This document shows, in pieces, positions 1 through 8,598 of a stretch of DNA of 64,000 nt. The notes beneath the pieces were generated by a model. The model ran no database searches, was not told where the DNA came from, and was given only the letters and a program-made list of their open reading frames with translations. The stretch is from Candidatus Portnoybacteria bacterium RIFCSPLOWO2_01_FULL_43_11. GTDB taxonomy: Bacteria; Patescibacteriota; Minisyncoccia; Portnoybacterales; UBA2143. Location: the NCBI GenBank assembly GCA_001819605.1, contig MHNE01000008.1, positions 13,054-77,053 of the forward strand, in the 5' to 3' direction. The number at the start of each line of letters is the position of its first letter. Position 1 is the stretch's first letter. The position numbers and the translations under genes are program-made.

Positions 1-235
1 AACAATTAACACTCAACATTTAACTTTTGACAAAAAAGAATTTAATTTTCTAAAAAAATTCGTGCTGTTAATTGTCAATTGTAAATTGTTAACTGTCCGT
101 GAGCTGTGCTCACGCAGACGGGCGTTACCCGCTACCCTGCTCCTTGATTAAAAATCAAGGGAGTGCCCGGACTTTCCTCTCCCGCGCTTAGAAAAAACAC
201 GGAAGCGACTATCTGGCTTACCTGCCTGGCGCTGA
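1..235 (-). ncRNA. rnpB: RNase P RNA (bacterial type A), 5' portion; continues past window start
   Basis: Minus strand reads GAGGAAAGTCCGGGCACTCCC, the universally conserved P4 motif, preceded by a P3 hairpin (CGCTT...AAGCG). A downstream GCAGGGTAGCGGGTAACGCCCG resembles the E. coli M1 GGGCAGGGUGCCAGGUAACGCCUGG. The segment is GC-rich within an AT-rich genome. Confidence 0.7.
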
Positions 236-302
236 AATCTTAAGAACTTGAACTATTTTTATATTACCATAAATAAAGTCTTTGTCAAATAATTCCGGAA
301 AC

Positions 303-737
303 CTACAAAAGCATTTGATTCCTGCCTTGGTTGTCCAAAGCTTCGTTGACTAATCTGTCCGCTTCCTGATTTTCTTCTCTTTTAATTTGCTTAAAACTTA
401 CTTTCCCAAAATCCAAAAGCAGATTCCAGATTTTAAGAAATAATTTTCCTAAATTTTCTTCCTGAATTTTATACTGATGATTTAATTGTTTGGCGACGAG
501 CTCGCTGTCTAAGCGAATTTTTATTTCCATGGTCTTGATTTTTTCTTTGCCAAATAAAGCCCTGACTTTTTTCAAGGCAAAAATCACCGCGGAATATTCG
601 GCCTCGTTATTAGTCGCTTCTTCAATGTATTCGGAATATTTTTTTGTCGGCTGATTTTTGTCGTTACAAATAACCACGCCGATAGCGGCCGGTCCCGGGT
701 TGCCCCTTGACCCGCCGTCGGTATAAATAATAATCAC
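303..737 (-). CDS. rnhA: ribonuclease HI; apparent GTG start
   Basis: N-terminal YTDGGSRGNPGPAAIG motif is typical of RNase H1; 144 aa. Confidence 0.85.
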   Translation of the reverse strand: MIIIYTDGGSRGNPGPAAIGVVICNDKNQPTKKYSEYIEEATNNEAEYSAVIFALKKVRALFGKEKIKTMEIKIRLDSELVAKQLNHQYKIQEENLGKLFLKIWNLLLDFGKVSFKQIKREENQEADRLVNEALDNQGRNQMLL

Positions 738-833
738 TAATATTTATCACGAATTCATTCCCGAATATACACGAATAATTGCTCACAAATATAATTATTA
801 TATTCGTGATAATTCGTGTAAAAATTTGAGATT
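738..833. promoter_or_regulatory. intergenic array of ATTCGTG/CACGAAT repeats in both orientations, including a 16-nt motif AATATTTATCACGAAT abutting the rnhA GTG start
   Basis: Direct and inverted copies at about 743-752, 766-772, 800-809, 811-817 and 835-841. The same 16-mer recurs at 50307-50322. Confidence 0.4.
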
Positions 834-2606
834 TTATTCGTGATTTTTCAAATCCACAATCTTCATCTGTAAGTCCCGTCTTCCGTTCCATTCGTCCACT
901 ATAAATTTAAAAACTACATCAATTTTATCGCCTGTTTTAAATCCCTTTATTTTTTCTCCCAAACCAAAACCAATGGCTTTTATTCTTTTAATTAATTTTG
1001 ACTGATGAAGCGCCGCGGTCAATTCCAGCTTTAAATGTTTTCCGTTATTGCCTACCACTTTTATATCGCTAATTTCTAGCCCTCGGACTAAAAATTTTGG
1101 CTCGGGGTTGGCTTGACCAAAAGGAGCGAAAGATTGAATCTGGTCGTAATTTTTAAAAGACATTTCATCTGCTGAAAGTTGGCTGTCAATTTCTAAGACG
1201 GGTTTTAAGTCTTCGTCTTTGAGTCCTTGATCGGCTATGGTTGAAATTAGTTTTTTGAACGGTTCTAAATTTTTTCTTAAAATATTAAAACCGGCGGCGC
1301 CGGGATGACCGCCAAAATCATTTAATAAATCAGCGCCCTTTGAAATTGCTTCAATTATATTAAATTGAGGGATACTTCGGCAAGAAGCAAGAATAAATTC
1401 TTTGTCTAAATGAAAAATAATGCTCGGCCGGTGGTATTTTTCACTGATTTTACCGGCCGCCAATCCAACCACGCCAGCCGGCCACCCCTCGTCTCCTTCA
1501 ATAATAATTTTATTAAGTTTGGAAGAATGATTTAACCGCCTTTCTATTTCCCGAATAACCCTATCTACCAGCTGTTGTCTCTGACGATTAAGCATATCTA
1601 AATGTTTGGCTATGTCTTCCGCTTCTTTCTTTGATTCAGTCATTAAAAGCTGATAAGCGGTGTTGGCGTGGTCAAGCCGATAAGCGACATTAAGCCGAGG
1701 CGCTAAAACAAAACCAAGAGAATAAGCGTCAAGATTCGTAGAAGGCGGCTCGCCGTTTAAAGAATGCTTGGTTATAGCCGGATTCAACCGGGCTATCTTC
1801 ATCAGTTCCTGAAGCCCGATTCTTTTAGTTTGAGCTAAAACTCCTAAACCGTATTTAACCAAGGTTCTGTTTTCTCCGACCAAAGGCATAACATCGGCGA
1901 TAGTGGCTAAGGCAACTAAATCCAAAAACCATTTTTCGCTCTCTTCTTTATAATAAATATTTTTAGAAACACTCTGGTAATTACTTTTTAAAAGAGCTTG
2001 AGCCAGTTTAAAAGCAACGCCGGCGCCGGCTAAGTCTTTAAAAGGATATTTATCGCCGGGCTGATGCGGATTTACGATAACTTTAGCCGCTGGCATTTTT
2101 TTTAGACAGCGGTGATGGTCAACTATAATAAATTCCGCTCCCAAGGAATTAGCCAATTTCACTTCTTTGACATTAGTGATGCCGCAATCTAAAGTAATAA
2201 TCAGTTGCGTCCCCTGACTTATTAATTCCTTAATCGCTTCTGATTTTAAGCCATGGCCTTCTCTGTTTCTGTCAGGAATATAGATATTTAAGTTTTTAGC
2301 CCCGATTCTTCTTAAAGCGGTCATTAAAATAGCGCTTGAAGAAACTCCGTCCGCGTCATAGTCTCCGTAAACTGCTATTTTTTCCTGTTTTTTAACGGCT
2401 TTCAAAATCCGACTAACCGCTTTTTTCATTCCCTTAAATAAAAATGGGTCATGAAGATCCTGCTCGTAATCAGAATTAAAAAACTCATCTATTCGCGGTT
2501 GAGTTTTTAATTCCCGATTATATAAAAGCCGTAAAACCAAAGGGCTGTATTCGGGAAATTGTTTAATAAAATTTTCCGGCGCTTTCGGTTTAAGGTGCCA
2601 GTTCAT
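834..2606 (-). CDS. recJ: single-stranded-DNA-specific exonuclease RecJ (DHH family); ORF extends to 2726 but the likely start is M at 2606
   Basis: DHH/DHHA1 motifs (AVYGDYDADGVSS, DHH, GHGL); about 590 aa. Confidence 0.85.
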   Translation of the reverse strand: MNWHLKPKAPENFIKQFPEYSPLVLRLLYNRELKTQPRIDEFFNSDYEQDLHDPFLFKGMKKAVSRILKAVKKQEKIAVYGDYDADGVSSSAILMTALRRIGAKNLNIYIPDRNREGHGLKSEAIKELISQGTQLIITLDCGITNVKEVKLANSLGAEFIIVDHHRCLKKMPAAKVIVNPHQPGDKYPFKDLAGAGVAFKLAQALLKSNYQSVSKNIYYKEESEKWFLDLVALATIADVMPLVGENRTLVKYGLGVLAQTKRIGLQELMKIARLNPAITKHSLNGEPPSTNLDAYSLGFVLAPRLNVAYRLDHANTAYQLLMTESKKEAEDIAKHLDMLNRQRQQLVDRVIREIERRLNHSSKLNKIIIEGDEGWPAGVVGLAAGKISEKYHRPSIIFHLDKEFILASCRSIPQFNIIEAISKGADLLNDFGGHPGAAGFNILRKNLEPFKKLISTIADQGLKDEDLKPVLEIDSQLSADEMSFKNYDQIQSFAPFGQANPEPKFLVRGLEISDIKVVGNNGKHLKLELTAALHQSKLIKRIKAIGFGLGEKIKGFKTGDKIDVVFKFIVDEWNGRRDLQMKIVDLKNHE

Positions 2607-2611
2607 AAAAA

Positions 2612-3778
2612 TTATTTTAGGGCTTCTATGCCCGGCAATTTCTCGCCAGCCAAAAATTGAAGCATGGCTCCGCCACCGGTGGAGATATGGCTGATTTTTT
2701 CTGTTAAACTTAACTGGCTCAAACAATTCACAGTGTCTCCGCCGCCAACTAAAGAAAAAGCCGAGCTTTGAGCAATGGCTTTTGCTATTTCTTTTGTTCC
2801 TTGAGTAAATTTCTCCGTTTCAAAAAGGCCCATCGGACCATTCCAAATAATTATTTTGGCCTGACTGATAATCCTTTTAAAAAGCTCAATAGTGTCCGGC
2901 CCAATATCTAAAATCATTTCTTCTTTTTGGGTATTGCCAACCGGGGCCACCCTGCTCGGAGCTTGACCGCTTGAATCAACAGAAACAACAACATCTACCG
3001 GAATATGAAGTTTAATATTAGTCAGCTCTAATTTTTGTACTTCCTCTACCATTTCTTCCTCAACGATTGACTTACCAATGGCCAGTCCCTTGGCACCGAT
3101 AACCGTATTGGCCAAAGCGCCGCCCAAAATTAAATCATCTGCCTTATCTAAAAAGTTCTTAATCATTTTAATTTTAGTGGAAATTTTCACTCCCCCAATT
3201 ATCACCGTTAACGGATGTTCGGGTTTCTCTAAAAGAGTAGAAAGAACTTTAACTTCTTTTTCCAAAAGTAAACCAGCGCAACTAGGTAAATATTTAGGCA
3301 GACCAACAAATGAAGCATGAGCCCGATGACTTGTGCCAAAGGCATCGTTGACATATATTTCGCCTAATTTAGCCAAACCCCGAATAAAATCTTCCTGATT
3401 ATTTTTTTCTCCCGGATAAAAACGGATGTTTTCTAATAAAATAATTTCTCCTTTTTGAAGAGCTTTCAACCTTTCTTCGACTTCCCGGCCAAGACAGTCA
3501 TCCAATTTAATAACGGGTCGGCCCAAAAGTTCTTCTAATCTTTGAGCGATTGGATTTAAACGCAAGTTCTCTATAATTTTGCCCTCGGGTCTTCCAAGGT
3601 GAGCTAAAAGAATGATTTTAGCTTTTTGGTTTAATAAATAATTTATAGTCGGAAGAGTTGCTTTTAGGCGCCAATCTTCTTTATCATCAACTCGTCCATC
3701 ATCGCCAAAAGAAACATTAAAATCAGCCCGAACCAGAACGCGTTTATTATAAAAATTAAAATCGCGGAGAAATTTCAT
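2612..3778 (-). CDS. pgk: phosphoglycerate kinase
   Basis: Full-length PGK-like sequence (RADFNV, GGGA motifs); 388 aa. Confidence 0.9.
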   Translation of the reverse strand: MKFLRDFNFYNKRVLVRADFNVSFGDDGRVDDKEDWRLKATLPTINYLLNQKAKIILLAHLGRPEGKIIENLRLNPIAQRLEELLGRPVIKLDDCLGREVEERLKALQKGEIILLENIRFYPGEKNNQEDFIRGLAKLGEIYVNDAFGTSHRAHASFVGLPKYLPSCAGLLLEKEVKVLSTLLEKPEHPLTVIIGGVKISTKIKMIKNFLDKADDLILGGALANTVIGAKGLAIGKSIVEEEMVEEVQKLELTNIKLHIPVDVVVSVDSSGQAPSRVAPVGNTQKEEMILDIGPDTIELFKRIISQAKIIIWNGPMGLFETEKFTQGTKEIAKAIAQSSAFSLVGGGDTVNCLSQLSLTEKISHISTGGGAMLQFLAGEKLPGIEALK

Positions 3779-4553
3779 AAACTCCTTTTACTATTCTTAT
3801 AAACTCGCTCGCATTAAGAGAGGCTCCTCCCACCAATAGCCCGTTCATTCCGGCTTTTTTAATGTAATCAGAGCTATTTTTGGCCGTCACGCTTCCGCCG
3901 TAAAGAATTTTTATTTCTTCGGCCAGCCGGCGGCTGTAGAGTTTGCTTAAAATTTTTTTAATAAATAATCTGGCCTGCATTGCCTCGTCAGAAGAACAGG
4001 AAACCCCGTTATTGGAACTAATGGCCCAAACCGGTTCATAAACAATAATTACATCGTTTATTCGATTGGAAGAAATACCCGCGACAGCTTTCTCTAATTG
4101 CTCTTGAACAATTAAATTCATTTCATTGAGCTGTTTCCCCTCTGAATCAAAAGTATCCTTCGTCTCTTCGCCAAGGCAAAAAATCGGCTTAAGCCGCGCT
4201 TTTAGAGCCGCTTTAATTTTTTTATTAATTATTTCGTCTGTTTCGCCGAAATATCTGCGTCTTTCAGAATGGCCGACAATAACGTACTGACAGCCTAAAT
4301 CTTTTAACATCAAAGGGGAAACTTCGCCGGTAAAAGCGCCTTTCTGCTCCCAGTGGCAATCTTGAGCGCCTAAAATAAAATTTAAAGTCTTAAGATTAAA
4401 ACCCGATAAATAAATATACGGCGGGCAAATAACGACTTCAATATCTTTTGTCAGTTTAATTCCGCCATTGATAACTTTTAAAAGATGCTCCGCTTCTTTT
4501 CTGGTAAGGGGATTGCACTTCCAATTGGCGATGATTAGTGTTTTTTTGTCCAT
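3756..4553 (-). CDS. tpiA: triosephosphate isomerase
   Basis: IANWKCN, GHSERR and YGGS signature motifs. Confidence 0.9.
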   Translation of the reverse strand: MDKKTLIIANWKCNPLTRKEAEHLLKVINGGIKLTKDIEVVICPPYIYLSGFNLKTLNFILGAQDCHWEQKGAFTGEVSPLMLKDLGCQYVIVGHSERRRYFGETDEIINKKIKAALKARLKPIFCLGEETKDTFDSEGKQLNEMNLIVQEQLEKAVAGISSNRINDVIIVYEPVWAISSNNGVSCSSDEAMQARLFIKKILSKLYSRRLAEEIKILYGGSVTAKNSSDYIKKAGMNGLLVGGASLNASEFIRIVKGVYEISPRF

Positions 4554-4560
4554 ATATATT

Positions 4561-5016
4561 TCAAATCACTGAAAAACTAAGACTAATTAAAGTAACTATT
4601 ATACCGGCTATAATAACGCCCAAAGAAATTAAAGGCAGGGCTTTTTTAAAGGGTATGTCAAAAACAAAAGCGGCCACGGCGCCGCTCCAGCCGCCGGTCA
4701 GGGGCAAAGGAATGGCCACAAAAGTAACCAAAGCTAAACCGCCCCAGACTTCAAACTGACGGCTGTGGTTTTTCCGCGTCCTTTCAAAAAGCCAGGCGAA
4801 AAATCGGTTAAAAAAATAATTATGATGGCTTAGATATTTTGATAAAGGCTCTAACAGCCAAAGAAGAAAAATCACAGGGAGAATATTACCTAATACGGCC
4901 CAAAAAAAAGCGTTCAGGGGCGAGAGATTGTAAATTCCCAAAGCCATTGGAATAGCGCCGCGCAGTTCAAAGATCGGCGAAGCCGCTATAAGAAAAGTTA
5001 TTAGTTGAGGAGGCAT
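4561..5016 (-). CDS. small integral membrane protein (small multidrug export-like)
   Basis: 151 aa with four predicted TM helices; annotated by family resemblance only. Confidence 0.45.
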   Translation of the reverse strand: MPPQLITFLIAASPIFELRGAIPMALGIYNLSPLNAFFWAVLGNILPVIFLLWLLEPLSKYLSHHNYFFNRFFAWLFERTRKNHSRQFEVWGGLALVTFVAIPLPLTGGWSGAVAAFVFDIPFKKALPLISLGVIIAGIIVTLISLSFSVI

Positions 5017-5038
5017 AAGTGGATTAGTAATGAGTAAT

Positions 5039-6031
5039 TTATTGTTTTTTCAAAAACTCCGCTGCCTTTTCCGGCTCAATGGTAGAAATCTCTATGCCGG
5101 TGCCTAATTCAAATCCGGCCCAAACCGCGGTCTTTGGCAGAATAATCAAATGCCAATGATAATGCTTATAACTTCCGCTGTCTAAGGGCGCCGTGTGAAA
5201 ATAAAAATTATAAGCCGGATCGTTAAGCCCCTGATAAATCTTGTTTAAAGCGACACGGAAAGCGTCGGTAAAAAAATCTTTTTCTTCTTCGCTCATTTTT
5301 TCAAAATAAGCCGAGTGCTCTTTGGGATAAATTCTGACTTCAAAAGAAACTTGGGAAGCAAAAGGGCAAAGAACAATAAATTTATCGTTTTCATAAACAA
5401 CGCGCTGTCCGTCTTTTATGTCCCAATCAATCATCGCGCAGTAAACGCATTTTCTATTTTTTTGATAATACATCTCCGCCCCTTCTAAACTCCCCCTTAA
5501 ATCCGGATCCATAACCGGAATCGCGATCAATTGAGAGTGCGGATGAGCCACTGTGGCGCCCGCTTCTTTTTTATGATTATGAAAAATAGAAATGTATTTT
5601 ATGAATTTTTCCTTCATCAAGTCTAAATACCTTGACTGGTAAGCGTCAATTACTTCCCTAATTTCTTCTTTGGAAAATTGAGCCATTTGTTTTTTATGAT
5701 CGCGAGTAACAATCACCTCGTGGAAACCAAGGCCGTTCATCGCTTTATTGGGGCCCTCTGTCCGTTCATTAGGCTCTTCTCCTTTAGAAAAAGCCGGATA
5801 TTTGTTGTCCACGACCAATAAACTCCATGAACCGTCCGGTTTATCGTGTCTTAATTTTATTCCTTGTTCTTCTAAAATTTTAGTTTGGCAAAAAGGACAA
5901 TCTTTTTCCAGAATCATCTCTTTGGCTCTTTTATGTTTGGCAAAAGTCTCGGGTCTTTTACCCCGACCGGTGGCAATGACCACCCAGTCATTGGAAACTA
6001 AATCTAAACGTAGTTCTGACGCGGAATTCAT
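5039..6031 (-). CDS. galT: galactose-1-phosphate uridylyltransferase-like (HIT superfamily GalT branch)
   Basis: CPFC zinc motif near the N-terminus and the AHPHSQ active-site motif; 330 aa. Confidence 0.6.
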   Translation of the reverse strand: MNSASELRLDLVSNDWVVIATGRGKRPETFAKHKRAKEMILEKDCPFCQTKILEEQGIKLRHDKPDGSWSLLVVDNKYPAFSKGEEPNERTEGPNKAMNGLGFHEVIVTRDHKKQMAQFSKEEIREVIDAYQSRYLDLMKEKFIKYISIFHNHKKEAGATVAHPHSQLIAIPVMDPDLRGSLEGAEMYYQKNRKCVYCAMIDWDIKDGQRVVYENDKFIVLCPFASQVSFEVRIYPKEHSAYFEKMSEEEKDFFTDAFRVALNKIYQGLNDPAYNFYFHTAPLDSGSYKHYHWHLIILPKTAVWAGFELGTGIEISTIEPEKAAEFLKKQ

Positions 6032-6052
6032 AAATATTTTAAATTTCTAATT

Positions 6053-6796
6053 TTAAATTTTCAATTGATACTTATCCGTAATTAAATTCCATTTAATTTT
6101 AAAAAGCTCGGCAAATGTTTTAAGATACCCCTTCCAATTGACACGGCTGTTTGGATTATTAACCCAATAAACGGGAATAATCGCTATTTTATAACCCAAG
6201 CGTCTGGCCAAAGCCAGTGCTTCAATGTCAAAACCCCAGCGGTCAATCAGGCACTTGGAAAAAATATTTTGGGCCGCTTCGGCTGAAAAAACTTTGAAGC
6301 CGCATTGAGTATCCCAGATGCCCGGCACAGCCACCAGCTGAATTAAAAGATTCGCGGAATTACCCAATTGTCTTTTTAAAAATGATTGAGACACGGCCTG
6401 TTTGGCTCCGGCCGCGTCTTTTCTGTCCCTTGAGCCGATAACCACTTCAAAGCCCTCTTTTAAAAAGGGCCATATTTTTTCCAAATGTTCCACGCTGGTA
6501 GCATTATCCGCGTCCATAAAAAGACGGTATTGGCCTTTGGCCTCAAGCATCCCCCTTCTCACCACATAACCCTTGCCGCGATTGGACTGGTTGTCAATCA
6601 GCCGTAAATTCTTAATTAAATTTTTAAAATTTTCAACTATCTTACCTGTTTTATCTTTTGAGCCGTCGTTCACCACCAAAATTTCATAGGAATAATTTTG
6701 TTTGGAAAGATAATTATCAACAGCCAGCAATGTGTTGCTGATAGACTTTTCTTCGTTGTAAGCCGGAATAATGACTGACAAATGAATTTTGTCCAT
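6053..6796 (-). CDS. family 2 glycosyltransferase (dolichol-phosphate mannosyltransferase-like)
   Basis: VIIPAYNEE...VVNDGSKD...D.D GT2 signature; likely start MDKIHLSV. Confidence 0.8.
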   Translation of the reverse strand: MDKIHLSVIIPAYNEEKSISNTLLAVDNYLSKQNYSYEILVVNDGSKDKTGKIVENFKNLIKNLRLIDNQSNRGKGYVVRRGMLEAKGQYRLFMDADNATSVEHLEKIWPFLKEGFEVVIGSRDRKDAAGAKQAVSQSFLKRQLGNSANLLIQLVAVPGIWDTQCGFKVFSAEAAQNIFSKCLIDRWGFDIEALALARRLGYKIAIIPVYWVNNPNSRVNWKGYLKTFAELFKIKWNLITDKYQLKI

Positions 6797-6875
6797 AGGA
6801 ATTATTTTAGTATAACACACTTCTCCTAATCAGCAAAATCTTGAAAATTATTTGTAGTTCTGTTAGTCTCTAATT

Positions 6876-7011
6876 AATAAGGAGGATGACTTTTGGAAAC
6901 GTGAAAAATCCCCAGCGAGGATTTTTCACTCAAGCTTCCGCTCGCTCTTTCTGCTTCGCAGAAAACCGTGCCCGCTCGCTCCAGATTGTTCCAAAAGTCA
7001 TCCTCCTTATT
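6876..7011. repeat. 136-bp GC-rich element bounded by a perfect 23-bp inverted repeat (AATAAGGAGGATGACTTTTGGAA / TTCCAAAAGTCATCCTCCTTATT) with nested internal hairpins
   Basis: Read directly from the sequence. Inner inverted repeat GTGAAAAATCC/GGATTTTTCAC, a repeated CCGCTCGCTC, and a TCTGC-ttc-GCAGA palindrome. Confidence 0.6.
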
Positions 7012-7022
7012 TAATTATTTTA

Positions 7023-8123
7023 ATGTCCAAATATCATATTATAACCTACGGATGCCAAATGAATAAATCAGACAGCGAACGGATTGCGGCTCAACTGGAA
7101 AAACAAGGCCATCAAGCGGCTCAAAAATTAGCCGAGGCGGATTTAATCGTACTCAATGCTTGTTCAGTCCGCCAATCAGCCATTGACCGGCTTTACGCCA
7201 AAATCAATCAACTCAAAACTAAAAACTCAAAACTAAAAACTATCCTGACTGGTTGTCTGCTTAAAAAAGATAGAGAAAAATTAAAAAACCAGGTTAATGA
7301 ACTCTGGCCTTTCTGCGATTTCTCCATTAAGCCGAAATATCAATCATTAAAAACAGCTTATATGCCGATTATGACCGGTTGTAATAATTTTTGCAGTTAT
7401 TGCGCTGTCCCTTATACGCGCGGCCCGGAACGCTCAAGACCGGCTAAAGAAATTATCAAAGAAGTGAAAGATTTAGTTAAAAACGGCTGTAAAGAAATTA
7501 TTTTACTGGGGCAGAATGTGAATAGTTATAATAACGTCATTCTGAGCGAAGCGAAGAATCTCGCGGCAAATAGTAAATCCACGGGATCCTTCGCTAAAGC
7601 TCAAGATGACAAATTGAAAGGGGTTAGTTTTCCCGGCTTACTCCGGATACTCAACAATATCCCGGGTGATTTCCAACTTAAATTTCTTACTTCTCACCCA
7701 AAAGATATGTCCGATGAATTGATTGAAACAATAAGCCAAAGTAAAAAAATAGCTAAAGAAATCCATCTGCCGATTCAGTCCGGCGATAATCAAATTCTTA
7801 AAAAAATGAACCGGGGCTATACGGTCAGCCATTACAAAAATCTCATAAAAAAAATCCGCCGAAAAATTCCGGAGGTTAAAATTTCAACTGACATCATTGT
7901 CGGCTTTCCCACAGAAACAAAAAAACAATTCCAAAATACGGCTCAACTGATAAAATGGGCTAAATTTGACAGCGCTTACATTGCCCGTTACTCTCCCAGG
8001 CCCGGCACTGCCGCGGCAAAACTAAAAGATAATGTGTCTAACGATGAAAAGAAAAGAAGATGGAAAATTTTACAAGACTTTTTAGACAAAAATAAAAATG
8101 GAGTAGCGAAGCGAACGAAGTGA
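7023..8123 (+). CDS. miaB: radical-SAM methylthiotransferase, MiaB/RimO family (no TRAM domain)
   Basis: N-terminal MTTase domain with the YGCQMN cysteine motif and a radical-SAM CxxxCxxC (CSYCAVPYTRG). Sits directly upstream of miaA. Confidence 0.8.
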   Translation: MSKYHIITYGCQMNKSDSERIAAQLEKQGHQAAQKLAEADLIVLNACSVRQSAIDRLYAKINQLKTKNSKLKTILTGCLLKKDREKLKNQVNELWPFCDFSIKPKYQSLKTAYMPIMTGCNNFCSYCAVPYTRGPERSRPAKEIIKEVKDLVKNGCKEIILLGQNVNSYNNVILSEAKNLAANSKSTGSFAKAQDDKLKGVSFPGLLRILNNIPGDFQLKFLTSHPKDMSDELIETISQSKKIAKEIHLPIQSGDNQILKKMNRGYTVSHYKNLIKKIRRKIPEVKISTDIIVGFPTETKKQFQNTAQLIKWAKFDSAYIARYSPRPGTAAAKLKDNVSNDEKKRRWKILQDFLDKNKNGVAKRTK

Positions 8124-8161
8124 GCTTCGCGATTATCGCGGAGCTTCGCTCCGCTACTCCA
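8101..8161. repeat. GC-rich palindromic repeat element (GGAGTAGCGAAGCGAA...GCTTCGCTCCGCTACTCC) overlapping the miaB stop; homologous copy at 45871-45931
   Basis: Both copies share end motifs GGAGTAGCG[A/G]AGCGAAG and GCTTCGCTACTCC. Confidence 0.65.
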
Positions 8162-8224
8162 GATAATAAAAAAGCGGGCCTTTATAGCCCCAAAAAGAAA
8201 AAAGGAACTGTAGAGAGTTTAGCG

Positions 8225-8520
8225 ATTATGGATGTCTATTAGGACATCCGGCTTTTCGCTACAGTTCCTGTTATTGAAATCGCAGAGGAGGCCGCTGGGC
8301 CTAGTGGATGGTGGTAAGCCGGGCGGAGGGGCCCGTACGGCCACTCTGCGATTTCGTTTTTTTTCGGCGGAGACTGCGCTTAATTATTATAGGTTAACCT
8401 GCGCTTTTCGGATAACCTACACTCAGCACAGGCCGCAGTCCCCCTCTCAAAGAACTAGGTGCCTAACTATTGCCATTATATCCATTCAAAAAACTATGTC
8501 AAGACCCTCCTCTTTTATTT
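8225..8520 (+). ncRNA. GC-rich highly structured intergenic segment (candidate ncRNA or structured repeat); identity unresolved
   Basis: Long hairpin AAATCGCAGAGG...GGCCG...GGGCC...GGCCC...CGGCC...CTCTGCGATTT followed by a T-run. Additional hairpins GGATGTCtattaGGACATCC and GGAGCattaactGCTCC. About 60% GC in an AT-rich genome, with no credible ORF. Confidence 0.35.
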
Positions 8521-8598
8521 GAATAAAATTATAAATAAAAAAAGAGGAGCATTAACTGCTCCATAAATAATTGGAATCACAGAGGAAAGAAAAAATTT

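Noticed and set aside
6883-7011. 42-codon ORF starting at the AAGGAGGATG inside the inverted-repeat element
   Set aside because: The SD abuts the ATG with about zero spacing, and the ORF simply spans the palindromic element. It is more parsimonious as structural sequence than as a gene.
8225-8520. tmRNA (ssrA) or SRP RNA assignment for the GC-rich spacer
   Set aside because: No GGGG...UUCGAC 5' end, no T-loop-like GGUUCGA plus CCA 3' end, no plausible tag reading frame ending in a stop after GCU. No GGAA tetraloop or AGCAGC SRP domain-IV motif. Left as an unassigned structured element.
8232-8522. 96-aa ORF on the six-frame track in the miaB-miaA spacer
   Set aside because: It lies entirely in the GC-rich hairpin-rich segment, has no start-codon context and a Pro/Arg/Gly-rich low-complexity translation. 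More likely an ncRNA or repeat than a protein.
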